A DNA stretch of 64,000 bases from Isurus oxyrinchus (Eukaryota). The notes under the pieces are model-generated. The model saw only the letters and a list, made by a program, of their open reading frames with translations, did no database searches and was not told where the DNA came from. Shown in pieces: positions 60,903-64,000 of this stretch. The position numbers and the translations under genes are program-made. How positions within the stretch are numbered: the first letter of the stretch is position 1; each line of letters opens with the position of its first letter. The DNA is taken from positions 186,001 through 250,000 of the forward strand of contig JANJGN010000544.1 of assembly GCA_026770705.1 (NCBI GenBank), given 5' to 3'.

Positions 60903-62802
60903 GTAAGAAACATGCCTTCATTCTGCGCTGTTGGATTTGCTTCATTGTTTCACATTTCTGTTTATTTTAGTCATTAATTTGTTAACCGTAACTTTGCATT
61001 CTGTGTTTACAATGTTTCATTTAATTATGCTTCAAAGGGATTGAACAATTCTCCTGCTTCTTGGCAAAAAAAAAAAAGCTCTGGGAGTTTTAAGGACTTG
61101 TTTGAGTGATTTGCCTTTTATCTGCTGATGAGGCTTTGTGCCTGGCTTACTTTAAATACATGAGTTTTGTTAATCAGTTTGGTGTTTCTGCCATGTTTCA
61201 TCTCGGTGACATCTGATTGCTGCAAGTTTTCTAATCGACTAACATTGTGTTTAAAAGTGTTGGAAATAAGATTATAGACAGGAAACCGAGTGCTATCAAG
61301 GTCAAAAATGTCATTTTAAACTATGGGTTTTAAAATAAATGTTTGCCATTTTTATTTGTGTTTAACTGCGCTGTAAAATATCAATATAATGCTGACCAAC
61401 GTTCATCTTAAATAAGTGAAATGCTACGATAACTAAGAACAACAGGGTTAACAAATTTGCTGCCTGGGTCAGGATTAAATGAAAACAACTTGAAACATTA
61501 AAATGCAGTAATGTCGCCAGATATTACTAAAGTATACAGTGAAAATCAACACAATGCATTAAAATTCTGCCATTGTTTCATATTTCTGTTTATTTTAATA
61601 AATGACTTGTTCAATGAAAGGCAATTTCTGTGCGATGTACTGAGGTTGATTTGAAATGTTGCATCTGATTCTGCTGAAAGGACTTAGGTAATTAAGCAGT
61701 TGTTGGATTCAGTCCCTCGGTGTTGTGATTTAGTGTTAAGTGCTGAGGAGAGTATGTGCCTGGGTTACTTTGAACAGTTAAAGCTCGTGGAACTGTTTGG
61801 TGAAGCTACAACGCGTATTTTCGATCACATACCGTGTGTTGATGATGTGCTTAAACCATTGTGAAGGAAGGTTATAGTTATAAAGCAGGCAGGCTTTTTA
61901 ATCAACTGTGATAGATATATTGATGCATTTTTATTTCAGTGCTAATTGCAGATTCAAAAATTAATATTTTGTTTCCGATATTCCTATTTAATACTTAAGG
62001 TAATAATGCAATGTTAAAGGATATAACCAGCGAATTTCAACTGTGATGGGGAGTTAAATGAATATAACTCAAACGGTTATAATGCGGCAATATTTCCCAA
62101 GATTACAACAATAAAAAAATATTATTGTTAGACATTTAGCAGATAATCTGTGCTATCCACAACTATGCTGCAAAACACAGCACAATTAATAGCAGCCGGA
62201 CAAATGCAGAGGTTCCAGCAATTTCCATGGTGTTTTTTTTAAATTATAATACACACTGATCGCACTGCCGCGTTTAGTTTGAACAAGGATTTTAAATTAA
62301 TTGGTTCCTCCCTGGTTAACGCAGGTTGAAAGATGCTAATTAATTATCAATATTAAATGCATTTTGTAAATTGCAGCAGGCTAATTTAATATATCTGCCG
62401 GGTTGCTGAAGCTTTGCTGTGCAGCCAAACGGCGCTGTTCCTTCAATTTTGGTGTAGCCCATTATCACTAAGCTAATCTTAAACAGTTTGCCGTTAAGGA
62501 ATTGCTCAATAATTCAATTCAAATTCAGAGAAAGTTCAGAATACATATGGCTGGAGATGGGCAAACATTGCTATTGAAGCAGGTTGGCTTAATTATAAAC
62601 TTTTGAATTGAAGAACAACTACCAATCTTGCAAAACTGTGAGATATACGGGTTGAATTAAATGGGAGCTACCTTTAATTCTCATTAAAATCGTTGTTCTT
62701 TTTGCTCGTTGAATTTCAGTGATGCAGAGTAATAGTTATCTCTCAGTTCTGCATTGATGATTGTGGATCTTAATTTCAATAAGTAGCATTAAATATTTAA
62801 AT

Positions 62803-62990
62803 AAAAAAATGCTGAACAAATACTCAGCAGGACTGGCAGCATCTGTCCATGGAGAAGCAGAGATCTGAAGAAGAGTCATATGGATTCGAAATGTTAATGT
62901 TTCTCTCTCCACTGATGCTTCCAGACGTGCTGAGTTTTGCCAGCATTTTCCGTTTTTATATCAGATTTCCAGCATCCGCAGCATTTTATT
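62803..62990 (+). mobile_element. Penelope-like hairpin element with hammerhead-like core in the J-C intron
   Basis: Inverted arms (aatgctg...ctcagcagg.ctggcagcatc / gatgct.ccagac.tgctgag...cagcatt) around CTGAAGA-A-GAGTC-atatg-GATTC-GAAA (62865-62891). Confidence 0.65.
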
Positions 62991-64000
62991 TTCATTATAC
63001 GTTTGAAACACATTTACGTGCATTGTGTGGATTACGGGAATGATACATCGAAGTTTGGCTGTATTATTATCAAGGGGAGGCTCCGAAAATGGCGCCAAAT
63101 TGCCAGGGCTACATTAATTATTAAAAATAAAACTGCTGTTGGAATGTGGGTTGATATTTAAACTCCGGAGTCCTGCTTTAGTGACTAGAGGATGTTGCAC
63201 TCCAATTTTTATTACCGATATGAGTACCCGGATAGTGCTTGAACATTTTTAAGCTGCCCACTTATAAATATATCATGTGAAATACACGTTTAGAACAGAA
63301 GAGCTTTTACATCGTGCAAACATAATCACAAACATGGAAATCTTACACGGGTGTAGATATAAGAGCACATTCTTATAAATTGTTGATCATCTTAATGTAT
63401 TAAAAATAATATAATGTATTTGTCCAGAAGTTTATGGAATGATTTGGTTAATTTAAGAAGTGTCACCTTAATTTAATTAAGCCTATTATTAACAAGAGAC
63501 AAATCAGAAGAAGAATAAAATTATTAACAAATTTGGCATAATGGAGTTAAATATCACCAATATGAAAATAGAGTCTAAGATCACTACGAATTAATTACAA
63601 AAAAAATCTCTCAAATGTGCTGCGCTGGGTCCAGGATTAAAGTTAAAACTCATTGTTGGAGAATTTTTAAAATTATTTTCAATTAACTTGGAAAGCAACA
63701 TGTTTCTCACTCAACTACCTTTGGCTCCATTGGATATTGCTCTACAATTTAATTAATTATCTTCGTGCTTTGCCTCAGCAGTTTCAATGATTATATATTA
63801 TTCTGAAATTATGTCAGTGAATAATAGGAGTTCAGTGTAAATATCTCCCGATTTGTTAAATTTTTGCTCTGTTACAATGTCCCTGTTATAGACATAAATT
63901 ACCATGAATGTAAATTATTTTGATGTACCTGTTCTCAGCCAAACTTACTCCAAGGCTGTTGTGAAAGCTGTACACAGACAGGGAGAAATTGAGGCCCGTC

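Noticed and set aside
60903-64000. Constant-region exon
   Set aside because: No C1-set domain frame seen; the region is AT-rich intron.

Overview
Eukaryotic, repeat-rich genomic DNA from a cartilaginous fish (shark-like), with one 144-N assembly gap. The only clearly recognisable protein gene is at the right end: an unrearranged immunoglobulin heavy-chain minilocus, most like IgW, on the + strand. It has a TATA box, a leader exon, VH, D1, D2 and JH, with RSS arranged V(23)-(12)D1(22)-(12)D2(12)-(23)J; the C exons lie beyond the window. As assembled, the VH carries a 1-nt frameshift. Upstream are three decayed tRNA genes (half Glu, Ser-TGA, intron-containing Ile-TAT) and many non-LTR retroelement fragments (CR1, a second CR1/L2-group family with a partner SINE, RTE, L2, and Penelope-type hairpins with hammerhead-like cores). 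A ~10-kb satellite has a 54-bp monomer made of two 27-bp halves. The most novel-looking structure is a dispersed, Foldback-like composite repeat: terminus, 27-bp array, unique core, inverted 27-bp array, terminus. Its termini carry full-length CTCF-like sites (upstream module, 6 bp, core), and its subrepeat, amplified in the satellite, has 23-RSS-like geometry. All alignments and counts were done by eye; transposon boundaries are approximate.
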